Shown here in pieces: positions 12,845-26,255 of a stretch of 64,000 nucleotides of DNA (position 1 is the first letter of the stretch; the number at the start of each line of letters is the position of its first letter). The notes beneath the pieces are model-generated. The model had not been told where the DNA came from. It saw only the letters and a list, made by a program, of their open reading frames with translations, and searched no databases. Origin of the DNA: Okamejei kenojei (taxonomy: Eukaryota). The stretch lies in contig CM069154.1 in assembly GCA_035221665.1 (NCBI GenBank), positions 5,456,001 through 5,520,000 of the forward strand, in the 5' to 3' direction. A program made the position numbers and the translations under genes.

Positions 12845-13612
12845 CAGTGCCCTCCATAATGTTTGGGACAAAGACCCATAATTTATTTATTTGCCTCTGT
12901 ATTCCACAATTTGAGATTGGTAATAGAAAAAATCACATGTGGTTAAAGTGCACATTGTCAGATTTTATTAAAGGGTATTTTTATACATTTTGGTTACACC
13001 ATGTAGAAATTACATCTGTGTTTTTACATAGTCCCCCCATTTCAGGGAACCATACATTTTGGGACACAAGGCTTCATAGGTGTTTGTAATTGCTCAGGTG
13101 TGTTTAATTGCCTCTTTAATGCAGGTATAAAAAGCTCTCAGCACCTAATCTTTCCTCCAGTCTTTCCATCACCTTTGGAAACTTTCATTGCTGTTTATCA
13201 ACATGAGGACCAAAGTTGTGCCAATGACTCAAATAAGCCATTATGAGACTGAGAAACAAGAATAAAACTGTTGGAAACATCATCCAAACATTAGGCTTTC
13301 CAAAATCAACTGTTTGGAACATCATTGAGAAGAAAGAGAGCACTGGTGAGCTTACTAATCGCAAAGGGACTGGCAAGCCAAGGAAGACCTCCAAAGCTGA
13401 TAACAGAAGACTTCTCTCTATAATAAAAAAAAAACCCAAACACCCTGTCCAACAGATAAGAAACACTCTTTAGGAGTCAGGTGGGGATTTGACAATAACC
13501 ACTGTCCGCAGAAGACTTCATGAACAGAAATACAGAGGATACACTGCAAGATGCAAACCACTGGTTAGCCACAAAAATAGGAAGGCCAGGTTACAGTTTG
13601 CAACAAAGTACT
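12845..13612 (+). mobile_element. Tc1 transposon, left half only
   Basis: ta|cagtgccctccataatgtttggg TIR and the paired/HTH region (KSTVWNII...GTGKPRKTS). Truncated. Confidence 0.85.
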
Positions 13613-13883
13613 TGTGACTTTCCAGCTACCTCTACGTGTAGAAGCTCTTTTTCTTTTCAAAAAATAAAACCTGTTGACGTTCAACATGCTATTAATGAAT
13701 TAAAGGATGATTGTGGATCTGGACCAGCTGGTATTGAGACTAAATTCATTAAGTTAGGAGTTAATATTCTAATGTACCCACTATTGCGACCTGTTTAATT
13801 TGTCCTTCTCAACTTGTACCCTCCCTTCCGCATGGAAGTGTACCAATGTTACTCCACTGCATAAGGGAGGCGACCCACACGAT
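13613..13883 (+). mobile_element. LINE RT fragment (CR1/L2/Crack-group-like)
   Basis: FSFQKI...SGPAGIETKFIK...DLFNLS...LPSAWK...VTPLHKGGD. Confidence 0.6.
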
Positions 13884-14500
13884 ATTTTACTTCGGAGTCA
13901 CGTGAGTGACTACGTGAAGAAGCCCCGCCTGGCGCTGGAACGGCATTACGTCGACGCTGACGGCAGAAGCAAGAGCTGCAGAGTGCAGCTCCTCTCAGCG
14001 GTCAGAACGGACCCGCAGGTAAGTGCAATGAAATTTTTAGGGGACGTTCTAAAAAAAGACATTACGCTGGCAAGTAGAACCAGCAAAAATGAAAGTAAAA
14101 ATTTCAAAAAATCAGAGTCACGCTGGCGTACTCATCCAGCTTAGGTAATAAAAAATTTAAAATGGAGAAGTCTCAGAGGAAGATTTCGCGGGTTAAAAGA
14201 TCGTCCCGGGGAGAAGCTAAAGAGTCGGGACAAGAGATTAGTGCGGAGCCGGTTCCAATACCGGTGGCCGTTGATTCACCTGTTAGTGAGACTATAATTT
14301 CTCCAGAAACACAAACCACAGAGGAAAATGTTCCTGGGAAAAGTAAAAAGAAATCTGTGAGGCCTGTGGTTTCTGATGATGACTCTGATAATGAAAGTCC
14401 TCCGGATAATAAAGCTATATGGCTTAAAATGGAACATATGGAGAGAGTACTCCAAAATATTATGAGACAAGGGTCCAAGTACCCAGAACTTTCCCAAACT
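13884..14500 (+). mobile_element. DIRS retrotransposon 5' end plus gag start, truncated
   Basis: Terminus attttacttcggagtcacgtgagtgactacgtgaaga is identical to the end of the 31377-36320 element. ORF 14162 is homologous to ORF 35359-36093. Confidence 0.85.
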
Positions 14501-15221
14501 GAGATATGGTGACCTTTTCTTCAGTGGAATTGGACGTCTTTGTTGAGTTTAGTTTAATTTAGAGATACAGCATAGAAACAGGACCTTTGGCCCACATAGT
14601 TCACGCCAACCAGCGATCCCACCCGCACACCAGCACTATCCTGCACACACTAGGGTCAATTTACAGTTTTACCAAAGGCAATTAACCTACAAACCTGCAC
14701 GTCTTTGGAAGAAACCAAAGATCTCAGCGAAAAGCCACTTGGTCATGGGGAGAATATGCAAACTCCGTTCAGACAGCATCCGTAGTCAGGATCAAAACCG
14801 TGTCTCTGGCACTGAAATGAGGGCAGCAACTCCACCGCTGTACACCCGTACACCCTATGTATCATTTATATTTTTGTGTGTCCACGTGGATGCGCCTGTG
14901 ATGTTGCCACAAGCGTGATTTTCATTGTACCTGCACCTCACCATACGTGCATATAAGAATAAGCCAGACTTGACTTGAAAACTGATCAGCAAAGTATATT
15001 ACAATGATGTTCTCACGAGAAAAAGTACTTCCAGAACAATTGATCTGATGGAATGTCATAGGTTATAGTTTCCCTCTTCTAAATATTCTTCACAGTTAAA
15101 ACAATGAGGCATTTCCAGGATTGAATACAATTTATTCCTCATGACTGCAATACAAAATAATATAAATCATTGCTATGAAGGCTAGCAACATTGTTTAAAT
15201 GGCACCTTTACTGAGTGAATA

Positions 15222-15590
15222 GATTCTTGCTATTGAGGGAATGCAGCGTAGGCTTACATGGTTAATTCCCGGTATGGCGGGATTGTCATATGCTGAGAGA
15301 ATGGAGCAGCTGGGCTTGTACACTCTGGAGTTCAGAAGGATGAGAAGATATCTCATTGAAACATATAAGATTGTTAAGGGCTTGGACACGCTAGAGGCAG
15401 GAAACATGTTCCCGATGTTGGGGGAGTCCAGAACCAGGGGCCACAGTTTAAGAATAAGGAGTAAGCCATTTAGAACGGAGACGAGGAAACACTTTTTCTC
15501 ACAGAGAGTGGTGAGTCTGTGGAATTCTCTGCCAGAGGGCGGTGGAGGAAGGTGCTCTGGATGCTTTCAAGAGAGAGCTAGACAGGGCTC
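15222..15590 (+). mobile_element. CR1 3' fragment; further fragments at about 16860-17060, 23275-23650, 30490-31120, 47005-47310, 52330-52690
   Basis: QRRL..LIPGM...LIETYKIVKG...FSQRVVSLWNSLP. Confidence 0.8.
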
Positions 15591-15736
15591 TACAACATTT
15601 ACATCAAGCACTTCAGTTCATTCTGCACACAAACATCTTGTCAAGACCTATTGATATCATCTTCGTAGAGCATTGGTTTGGCCTGAATTTGTGAAATACT
15701 TTATGTAAACACTTTCCGTTTGTTTTATTTTATCAG

Positions 15737-15827
15737 CATGTTTGAAAATATTAATGGACATCATTTGGAAGCAGTCAGCGATTCTGATGATCTCTGCAAA
15801 ACCTACCTTCCTTATACTTGTTGTTAG
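15737..15827 (+). CDS. Gene 1, candidate terminal cytoplasmic exon
   Basis: A strong pyrimidine tract, tttgttttattttatcag|C, is phase-2 compatible and gives SMFENINGHHLEAVSDSDDLCKTYLPYTCC*. There is no counterpart in gene 2, so this rests on splice signals only. Confidence 0.3.
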
Positions 15828-16402
15828 GTACTTCCCCCCCCCCCCCCCTCTGGTGAATGCTATATACTTAACTCTTTGTTTCTCTCCTGAGTGCAGGCCC
15901 CGTGGCTGGGAGTCGGAATCAAGGTGTTAAGGGCTCCTGTACCCGTTTGGCCAAGCTGCGTCAGGTGATGGGTGTCTCATCGGAAGCTTAAATACCTGAA
16001 GCTCCCAGAACTCTCTCTCTCTTCGTCGACCCTGACTCGTGAGCAGGTTGCTGGTGTGAGCTGCAGGAGGCCTGGCCACATGGCAAAAAACTTTGTGTAT
16101 TATTACCTACATTTGTCAATTAATATTGAATTGGGATGGATAAGGGCTGACCTGAGTGTTTTCGTGTATTTTGTTTCAGGGTTATTTCCATTTAGGCAGG
16201 TTAGAGACTCGAGTTCGACGGCCCATTGCGAGGCTGGCTGGAGCACTGTTATCTTTGTTTATTAGTTTATTCTTGTCCTTGACTGGGTTGTTTGAATCAG
16301 GTTTGGGTTTTAACAAAATAAAATACTATTTTCTTGAACTTGAGCCTGGTTTTTTGACTATGTTACACGGCTCTGAAGTACCTGCATTCGAGAGTCATAA
16401 CA
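15822..16402 (+). mobile_element. Solo LTR (581 bp)
   Basis: Ends TGTTA...TAACA, a 5-bp TSD cttgt at 15817-15821 and 16403-16407, and an internal AATAAA near 16318. Confidence 0.8.
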
Positions 16403-19400
16403 CTTGTGAACAATGAGACTGAGATACTGCAGATATCAAGCAGAGCGAAGTACAGCCAGCGTCCCACCTTCCATGTCATGTAACTGAGAAAATGGGGAAA
16501 GATACAGAATCAGTGGGAGGAAACAGACTAGTTCATGTTGGAAACATTCATATCCTGATTGCTGTGAAATCTCTGCGTGGAGCAGGGTACAGCAACAGAG
16601 CCCAGGGAGTTCAGCTGGGAAATTCCACCGTCCAGGATCTCAACCCAAAACCTCACCTATCCATGTTCTTCAGAGATGCTGCCTGATTCGCTGAGTTACT
16701 CCAGCATTTTGCGTCTAGCGTTGATAAAGTTAGATAAGAAAAGATGGGAGATGTGACGAGTGGTATGTAAACACCAGCATGGACCAGCTTAGTTGATCTT
16801 TTCTGTGTCTTAAATCCTATGTGACCAGATGTAATTCTGCATAATCCAGGAATCTCATCACATTTAGGGTATTGTGTGCATTTCTGGTCACCATGTTACA
16901 GGAAAGATTTTGTCAAGCTGGAAAGGGTGCAGAGATGATTTATGAGGATGTTGCTGGAACTCGAGGGCCTGAGCTATAGGGAAAGTTTGAGCAAGATAGA
17001 TCATTATTCCTTGGAGAGGACGAGGGGTGATCTTATGGAGGTGTACAAAATCAAGAGATGAATCAACAAATACTTACTCATCTTTTTTTTTGTGACATTG
17101 GCACATTTGATAGAGCTGCTCTCTTAAGGCGCCAGAGACCTGGGTTCGATCCTGAACTCAGGGTGTTATCTGCGTGGATTTGTACATTCTCCCTATGACC
17201 GCGTTGGGTCTCCCTGCAGGTGCTCTGGTTTGCTCTCACATCCTAAAGGCATGCAGGTTTGGAGGTTAATTGGCATGTGTAAAATTGCCCTTCATGTGTA
17301 GGGAGTGAACAATAAAGTGGTACAACATAGAACTAGTGTTAACGGGGGGATCGAAGATAGACACAAAAAGCTGGAGTAACTCAGCGGGTCAGACAGCACC
17401 TCTGGAGAGAAGGACTAGATGACATTTGTCGTGTTGAGACACTTCTTCAGACTGATCTATGGCTGTCATGGACTTGTAGGGTGGAAGGGCCAGTTTCCGT
17501 GCTGTTTCTCTAAAACTAAAAAAACAAAAAAATAGCTAGAGTCCATTTGGCCCATTGAGTGTATGCTGGATCTTAGATCGTTCCTTTCAATTCTACTGCA
17601 CACTCTGATCTCAACATTGAATACTCTGATGCACTTAACACTAGCAAATGAAAGAGGAAATTCTCTTCCAATTAATTCTCATAAGGAGGTAGAGCCAATC
17701 ACAACAGCAGTAATAACATAATTGTACCATTCAGTGCAAGTGGATCGGGTTGTGTCATTTTGACTATCATTGGATCTTTTTTCTGTACTTGCAAATGGTG
17801 TACTCATCATTCGTTCATTCTTAGAAGTGCTACCAGTCTTTTTAGGTTCTGTTGGGTCAAGGAAATACAATTCAGCATCACCTGCTTTTCACTTGCAATC
17901 ATTAGTTCATAAGTCATAGGAGCAGAATTAGACCATTTGGCACATCAACTTCATGTTCATGCTCATAAGGGATAGAAGCAGAATTAGGCCATTCGGCCCA
18001 TCAAGTCTACTCTGCCATTCAATCATGGCTGATCTATCTCTCCCTCCTAACCCTATTCTCCTGCCTTCACCCCATAACCCCTGACACCCGTACTATCTCT
18101 GCCTTAAAATATCCATTGACTTGGTCTCCACAACCTTTTGTGCAATTAATTCCTCAAATTTACTACCCTCTTGCTTTAGAAATTCCTCCTAATTTTCTTC
18201 CTAAAGCAACGCTCTTTAATTCTGAAGCTATAAACTCTGGCCCTATATTATCCCACTAGTGGAAGCATCTTCTCCACACATATGTTAACCCACTCATTCC
18301 GAGGATCATTCTCATAATCCTCCTCCTTCTTTATTGAATTCCACAGATTCATCGCCCTCTGACTAAAGATTTATTGAGCAAGTCTTTGCAATAATACAAC
18401 AGCAACTTGCATTTCAACAGTGCCTTAAAGGTGATGGAAAAGTCTCAAGGTTCTTCACAACACCATTGTCAGGTGGAATTTGGCATGGAATCACATGCTG
18501 GTTAGAGATACAGCATGGAAACTGACCGTTCGGCCCACCGAGTCCACGCTGACCATCGATCACCCGTTCACACTAGTCCCACGTTACACCACTTTTGCAT
18601 GCACTCCCTACACATTGAGTGCAATTCGACATGAGCCACAATTCGACAAGTGCAATTAACCTACAAAGCCACACGTCTTTGGGATGTGGGAGGAAACCGG
18701 AGCACCCAGAGGAGACCCACGCGGTCACAGGCAGAACGAGCAAACTCCACACTGATAGCGCCGGAGGTCAGAATTAAACCTGGGTCTCTGGGGGTGGTTG
18801 CATTTCCAACTACAGCAAACCCAACCCCACAAATATCACTAAGAACAAGCCTCTCCATCACCAGTGTAGCAGTGTTACAACACAATGCTAGCAACTCACA
18901 ATGCTAGCAACATTGAATTTTCTAGTTTTAAGTAACTAACCCACAACAATCCTTTCCCCTAACCTCCGTTCCTTTCCACATATATATATATCCTTTCTTC
19001 CAGCTTCACATTTCATGCCTCTTCTCTCCATATCTCAGTCTTTTATCTTCTTTCCATCTCTGGCCATCGTCCACCCATCAGCCAGTAACCCTCTCTCCCT
19101 CACCTGTATCCACCTATCACTTGCCAGGCTTCATCCTTCCCCCACCTCTCTCCCAGCTTTCTCCCCCCTACTACAATCAGCCTGAACAAGGGTCCCAACC
19201 CAAAACGTCACCATGTTCTCTGGAGATGCTGCCTGGCCCATTGGCATTATATGCCTGTTTTTGAGAAATAGGAAGTTGTGAGGTTGATAAGAAGATTTGA
19301 ACACCAGTGTAAATATTTTGAAACCAAATCATTGATTCTACAGGTTAGGGTCGTTATGACTATGGAGGATGGGTTATCAGATCTGTGAGGTGTGGAGAAC

Positions 19401-21059
19401 TATGGTTAAGTCCAAATCCACCCACATGTCACAGTGCCAGGGTGAAGGGTGAGTGGGGCAGAGCAGGGCGGGGCACTGGCACCAGAGTTAAACTCATAGT
19501 CATACAGCACAGAAACAGGCCCTTCTTCCCAACTTGACCATGCTGACCCAACTGCCCACCTACACTAGTAGTAGTGTAGTTACTATATGTAGTGTACCTC
19601 AGCGGTATGAACATTGACTTCTCCAATTTCGGGTAGTCCTTGATTTCTCCCTTCTTCCCCTCCCCTTCCCAGCTCTCCCACAGCCTACTGTCTCCGCCTC
19701 TTCCTTTCTTCTTCCGCCCCGCCCACCCACCTCCACATCAGTCTGAAGAAGGGTCTCGACCAGAAACATCACCTATTCCTTCGCTCCATAGATGCTGCCT
19801 CACCCGCTGAGTTTCTCCAGCATTTTTGTCTACCTATGCTTTTGCGAGCATCTGCAGTTCTTTCTTAAACATAATGTAATGTGTTACATTTTTTATTATT
19901 AAATTTTATTGGCCAAACAATAAACATATGAAGCAACTTAGAAAAAATAGGAAGGAACAATTGTTTGTTTAATGTTATAAAGTGTGGATGTGGTGAGGCA
20001 AACACAACTGCTTGCTCTTTTTGTAAACAAGCTTTTGCAGTTAATTTTTTTCTATTTGATCTCCAGGCATGCTGTCTAACCCACTGAGTTACTCCAGCAC
20101 TTTGTGTCTTTTGTGTAAACCAGTATCTTTGGTTTCTTGTTTCTACATTTTGACGGGTCTGAAGAAGGACCCCGACCCGAAACATCACCTATCTATGTTA
20201 TAGATTCTATAGATGCACCGTATCCCACCATTGTGCCATCTATACCTCACGATGCCTCAAGAAAGCAGACAACATAATTAAGGACATTTTTCACCCCAGC
20301 CGTCCCCTCTTCTCCCCTCTCCCATCAAGGCAGAAGATATAAAAGCTTGAAATTTTACTCCACCTGTTTCACAAACTGCTTCTTCAAACCTATTGGAAAT
20401 GAACACGAGAGTGTGATGTAAGAGACTTTTAGATAAGTACATGGATATGCAGGGCTGGAGAGATATGGATTATGTGCAGGCAGATAAGGGTTTGTTCAGG
20501 GCAAGCACTATCAGAGGGGGGGCAACGAGTGCCATTTGGCATGGGCCTCATGCCTGTAGCCTCAAAGGGATCTTGATTTGGGGGCCTCTAAAATTGAGGG
20601 GCTTCTGCTTGAAATTCTGAAATTGAAATTGGCCTGGGCCTCAGTTCATCTATCAGATGGCCTGGTTCCTGGCATTATGTTCGGCACGGACATTGTGGGC
20701 CCGAGGGCTTGTTCCTGTCATGTTTAGTTTAGTTTAGAGATACAGCATGGAAACATGCCCTTTGCCCCACTAAGTTCGCTCTGACCAGCAATCACCCATA
20801 CACTAGTTCTATCGTGCACACTAGGTACAATTTACAGAAGCCAATTAACCTACAGAAGCCAATTAGCCTACTGTCTCCGCCTCTTCCTTTCTTCTTCCCG
20901 CCCCGCAGACCCACCTCCACATCAGTCTGAAGAAGGGTCTCGACCCGAAACATCACCTATTCCTTCGCTCCATAGGTGCTGCCTCACCCGCTGAGTTTCT
21001 CCAGCATTTTTGTCTACCATCGATTTTTCCAGCATCTGCATTTCTATCTTAAACCTAAA

Positions 21060-21372
21060 CTAGTTTAGTTTAGTTTAGAGATACAGCGTGGAAACTGGCC
21101 CTTCAGCCCACCGAGTTCGCACCGAACAGTGATCCCACCTCATTAACACTATCCTACACGCACTCGGGACTATTTACACTTATACCAAGCCAACTAACCA
21201 ACTAACCTATATGTTTTTGGAGTGTGGGAGGAAACTGAAGATCTTGGAGAAAACCCAGGCGGTCACGGGGAAAACGTACAAACTCCATACAGACAGCACC
21301 CGTAGTCGGGATCAAACCTGACAGTAAGCGCTGTAAAGCAGCAGCTCTACCACTGCGCCACCGTGCCGCCCT
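21060..21372 (-). mobile_element. tRNA-type SINE; representative of many copies (about 14545-14850, 17100-17520, 18500-18790, 21775-22045, 43889-44165, 45040-45450, 48640-48912, 49790-50090, 50490-50790)
   Basis: Recurrent sequence gtttagtttagagatacagc...ggatcgaacccgggtctctggcgctg...ctaccgctgcgccacc, with Pol III A/B-box-like head and (CTAAA)n tail. Confidence 0.75.
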
Positions 21373-22787
21373 AGTCCACTTGTCCCACTTGCCCGCGTTT
21401 GACCCATCTCCTCTTTGTTCTGCCATATATTGGTAAACATCCAGTTTTCAACCTCAGTCAGGAAGTAGTGTCTCGACCGGAATACAAACATGCACTTTTT
21501 GCCTCCACAGATGCTGCTTGACCCGTTGAGATTTTTCAGGTGTTCTACTTATTGTTCCAGATTCTAGTATATGCAATCTCCTTTGTCTTCTCCCTCACAC
21601 AACCCTAATCCTACCTCAACAATGTTATCTCACAGAAGCTGATGGGTACATGGAAGGAGCACGTCCAGAGGAGGTAGTGGGGACGGGTACTATTAACAAC
21701 ATTTAAAAGCATTAGGACATGGTACGTGGATAGGAAAGGTTTGTAGGGACAGGGGTCAAATGCAGGCCTGGTTTTTATGGTGGCGCAGCTGTAGAGTTGC
21801 TGCCTTACATTGCATAACAGCGCCAGATACCCGGGTTCAATCCCGGCTTCAGGTGCTTGTCTGTACATGGTTTTCTCCGAGAACTTCAGTTTCCTCCCAC
21901 ACTCCAAAGATGTACAGGTTTATAGGTTAATTGGGTTGGTGTAAATGTAAACATTTGTGTTGCTGTGCGGGGATCACTGGATGGTGCGGACACGGTGGGC
22001 CAGAGGGCCTGTTTCCGTATTGTATCTCTAAACTAAACTAAACGAAAAAGGGACTAGCGTACACGGGGCATCTTCATCGGCATTGGCAAGCTGTTTCCGT
22101 GCTGTATCACTCTACGATTTTATGAATCACATCCTCAAACTAAGCTTTACCTGGTCTCCGATGCTCAAATATGTAAATTGTCCTTCAAGGAGTTTATCTG
22201 GTGACATGACTGGACTTATCTGATTGCATGTGGCAATAGACAATAGACAATAAACAATAGGTGCAGGATTGGCTATTTGGCCCTTCGAGCCAGCACTGCC
22301 ACTCAATATGATCATGGCTGATCATCCACAATCAGTACCCCGTTCCTGCCTTCTCCCCATATCCCCTGACTCCGCTATCTTTAAGAGCCCTATCTAGTTC
22401 TCTCTTGAAAGTATCCAGGCAACCGGCCTCCACCGCCCTCTGAGGCAGAGGATTCCACAGACTCACAATTTTCTGTGAAAATGCTCACACATTCCAGGAG
22501 TAGAATTTGGCCATTCGGCCCATCAAGTCTACCCGCCATTCAAACATGGCTGATCTCCGCCTCCTAAACCAATACAAGTTCAGAAACAGTGTGCCCACAT
22601 TTGGGGAGGGGGTTGAGGGGGTGGGCAAGGGAATGTTTGCGGTGGTGGACAGAGCGCCAGTCAAGTGGGCAAACGTCACCAGAATGAAGCAGAGCTTCGA
22701 GGAGATGCTCCAATCCAGGCAACAGGAGAGCATTGCAGCTCACTCCAGAGGTGCATTGTCCGTGGTGAGGAGGCTGGGGGAGGTGGC

Positions 22788-22931
22788 AAGTGAGTCACCA
22801 ACTTAGTCTCGAACCACTGCAAAGTCGTTTCCTGAGTAAACGGACATTGACTGTTTGACTTCTGTTGTGAATGAGGAAGAGGACAACTCAAACGCAGTGC
22901 AGGGTCCAAACCGATCCAACGCAGCCAAGAC
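22788..22931 (+). promoter_or_regulatory. Candidate TATA-less proximal promoter of gene 2 (paralog about 51838-51983)
   Basis: TGAGTCA (AP-1) near 22791 and GAGGAA (PU.1/ETS-like) near 22873 lie just upstream of the leader ATG, and both are kept in copy 3. Motif-only evidence. Confidence 0.3.
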
Positions 22932-23028
22932 ATGGCAGTGGGACAGGGAGAATTCACCCACCAGAAACGGCCCAGATCCAGGGGAACAGTCGCTCTGTTG
23001 GTTCTTGTCGCTGTTGGTCTCACACCAG
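22932..23028 (+). CDS. Gene 2, signal-peptide (leader) exon
   Basis: gacATGG start, MAVGQGEFTHQKRPRSRGTVALLVLVAVGLTP-G|gtaaat. It has a basic n-region and hydrophobic h-region, and its phase-1 donor matches the Ig exons. Confidence 0.8.
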
Positions 23029-23673
23029 GTAAATCGTTGTTTTACAAAATGCTCTGTTCTTTAGAATTATTTACCAGCGCCTTGAATTATTTGTAACCAC
23101 AGACCTCTCTGTACTGTGTGGGGAGCTGATGATGAATTGCTCAACACTCGTTAGTTCCTGTAGAGACTTCCATCAGCGGTTGTTGTCGTGTTGTGTGCAG
23201 CCAAATTGCACACAGCTTGCTCCCTGTGGAGGAGGGAGATTTACTATCTACAGCTTGCCTTGCCTTGTGGACCTCACTGAAACTTACCAAATAGTGAAAG
23301 GCCTGGATAGAGTGGATGGTGGAGGATGTTTCCACTAGTGGGAGAGTCTAGGACCAGAGATCGCAGCTTCAGAATTAAAGAATTAAAGTTCAGTTAGGAA
23401 GGAGATGAGGAGGAATTTATTTATTCAGAAGGTAGTGAAACTGTGGAATTCATTGCCACAGAAGGCTGTGGAGGCCGTCAATAGATATTTCTAAGGCAGA
23501 GATAGATAGATTCTTGATCAGTACTGGTGTCAGGAGTCTTGGAGAGAAGGCAGGAGGATTTAGTTGAGAGGGAAAGATAGATCAGCCATGATTGAATGGA
23601 GGAGAGTAGACTTGATGGGCCAAATGGCCTAATTCTGCTCCTAGTATGAATGAACCTATCCATTCCATGTACC

Positions 23674-24650
23674 CAGAGCCGGCCATAAGCCGTTTGTACC
23701 GATTGCTCCCAATTGGGCCCTGCAAGTAAGGGGGCCCCGCGCCAGAATAATCTACTCTCGGCTCGGTAGATCTACCCCGGGTGGAGAGAGGGGCGGAGAG
23801 AGAGTAGAGGGGTGGAGGGGGAAGAAAGGGGTAGATGGGGAGGGGGGTGTGAGGGGGAATGGAGAAGGGGGTGAAGGGGGAGAGGGGGAGGTGGGTCGTT
23901 CGCTCACGGCAGCGCTCCCACCCCTCCAGTCACCGTGCTTCACGCACACAGCCCCAGCTCCACCCCTCTCTCCCCGGGGAGACACTGTGATCAATACAGG
24001 GTGGGCCGGGCAGGGGGTTGGAGCAACGTTTACAAACATCGGCCTCAGCTCACACCCATCCGCCTGGACCCCGGCCTCAGCTCCCGCCACGGGCCCTCAC
24101 CCTCCCTTCTCTCCTTCCCTTCTTCCCTCCCTTCCCTCTCTCCCTCCCTCCCTCCCTTCTCTCCTTCCCTCCCACACACACATCACGCACAGACAACTAA
24201 CACACACAACTAAGTTAGGATGGGGTAGAAGCCCAAAGGGTAGGATGGGGCTGAAGCCCAAAATGTAATGCCTGGATTGGTTTTTCACCAATGGTTATTG
24301 GTTTTCCAGGATCTATTTAATTAAATTACTTTTTTTTAATCATTTCACAGTCACAAAAACATGTGGTATTGTAACTATGTACTTTTCAGAGGTGATCTAT
24401 ACATTTTGTTTGTTACTTGTAGGCTTACATGTATGCAATTTTATATTAAAATGTAGCTTAGATCAGTTTGGTCCATTAAGTCGCATGCACTTTTTAAGTG
24501 CAAATGTTGATTACTTTGCATTCTACCATAGAGATATAAAGTCCAGAATAGACTTTAATTATATTTCTATGAATCTAGACCTTGACTGGGAACCTGGGGC
24601 TCACCAAAATAGTTACCACTTGGGCCCCACAACTCCTAAGGCCGGCCCTG
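23674..24650. mobile_element. Non-autonomous hAT-type MITE
   Basis: TIRs cagagccggcc...ggccggccctg with an 8-bp TSD catgtacc at 23666-23673 and 24651-24658. No transposase. Confidence 0.85.
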
Positions 24651-26255
24651 CATGTACCTGTCTAACTGTTTCTTAAATGATGGGATAGTCCCTGCCTCAA
24701 TTACCTCCTCTGGCAGCTTCATCCATACACCCACCAGCCTTTGTGTGAAAAAGACACATCATAATTATTCCAGGTGGACGTGGAGTTTGAAACATCAGTG
24801 GCAGATCCAGCTTCCACCACAGGCCGGGAAGTTTAGTTCAATGGGGCACAAAGTGCTGGCATAACTCAGTAGGTCAGGCAGTATCTCATGGTCTTGACTT
24901 GAAACGTCACATATCCATGTTCTCCACAGATGCCACAGGCAGATGGCTATTCAGCTTTAGTAAAGCACAAAGTGCTGGAGTAAGGCAGCAGGTCAGGCAG
25001 CATCTCTGGAGAACATCGATAGGTGACGTTTTGGGTTGCGACCTGAATTAGGGGAAGGCCAGATGAGGAAAAACCTTTTCACCCAGAGTTGTGAATCTGT
25101 AGAATTCTTTGCCACAGAGGGCAGTGGAGGCCAATTCACTGGATGTATTCAAGAGAGAGTTAGATATAGCTCTTAGGGCTAATGGAATCATGGGATAGGG
25201 GGAGCAAGCAGAACAAGGTACTGATTTTGGATGATCAGCCATGAACAGTCTGACCTTGTCACAAAACATCGCATCACTAGTAAAGAGAGCGCAGCAGCGT
25301 TTGCACTTTCTGCGCCGGATGAGAAGAGCTCACCTCCCCATCCCGTCCTCACCACTTTCTACAGGGGCACCATAGAGAGCATTTTGACCAGCTGCATCTG
25401 TCTGGTTTGGGGACTGCAAAGCCTCCGACTGGAAGTCCGTGCAGAGAGTGGTGAGGACGGCTGAAAAAATCATCGGGACTTCTCTTCCTTCAATCCGGGA
25501 CATTGCGCGCAAACGTTGCTTGTCCAAGGCCAACAGCATTATAAAAGACCTCACACATCTCCATCATGGACTGTTCACTCTGCTGCCCTCGGGCAAAAGG
25601 TATCGCAGTATAAGGAGTGAACGGCCAGGTTCTGCAACAGCTTCTTCCCCAGAGCCATCAGACTCTTGAATTCCATATAATGTGCCGCCACTATTATCTA
25701 TTTTATCTTTTTATCTATTTGATCTTTTTATATATTTTATCCTTTTGTTATTTTATGTTGCATGGTGAGCCAGATGCAATGAAATTTCATTCCAACTTGA
25801 ATTTGTTGGTGTATTTGTGAATGACAATAAAGTCTTTGATTGAAAATCATATTGAATGGCAGTGCTGGCGCAAAGGGCCGAATTGCCTACTCCTGCGCCT
25901 ATGTTCTATGGTTATATGTTTCTATGAATCGTTACCTATCCACTTTCTCCAGAGATAGTTCCTGACCCGTTGAGTTACTCCAGCACTTTGAGTCCTTTTG
26001 TGTATTAACCAGCATCTGCAGTTCCTTGTTTCTACTAGTTCAATGGGGATGTAGGTTGTAGTGAGATTGAACACTATTGTAGTGTGATTGAAACCCGTCG
26101 GTTTCTCCAGAGATGCTGCCTGTCCCGCTGAGTTACTCCAGCTCTTTGTGTCTATCTTTGGTGTAAACCAGCACCTGCAGTTCATTGCTGCACATGATCT
26201 TTGCGAAACCATGAAGCTGTCTGAACAGCACAAATTAAATGTTTTTTATTGTTAA

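Larger units (their letters stand above)
1..13612 (+). repeat. Segmental duplication copy 1 (gene body)
   Basis: Position 1 aligns to about 23795. The copy is co-linear and near-identical to 23795-43020 apart from private insertions. Confidence 0.95.

Noticed and set aside
22507-22806. 99-aa ORF upstream of the leader
   Set aside because: It begins in a CR1 remnant, and the frame is not preserved in copy 3.
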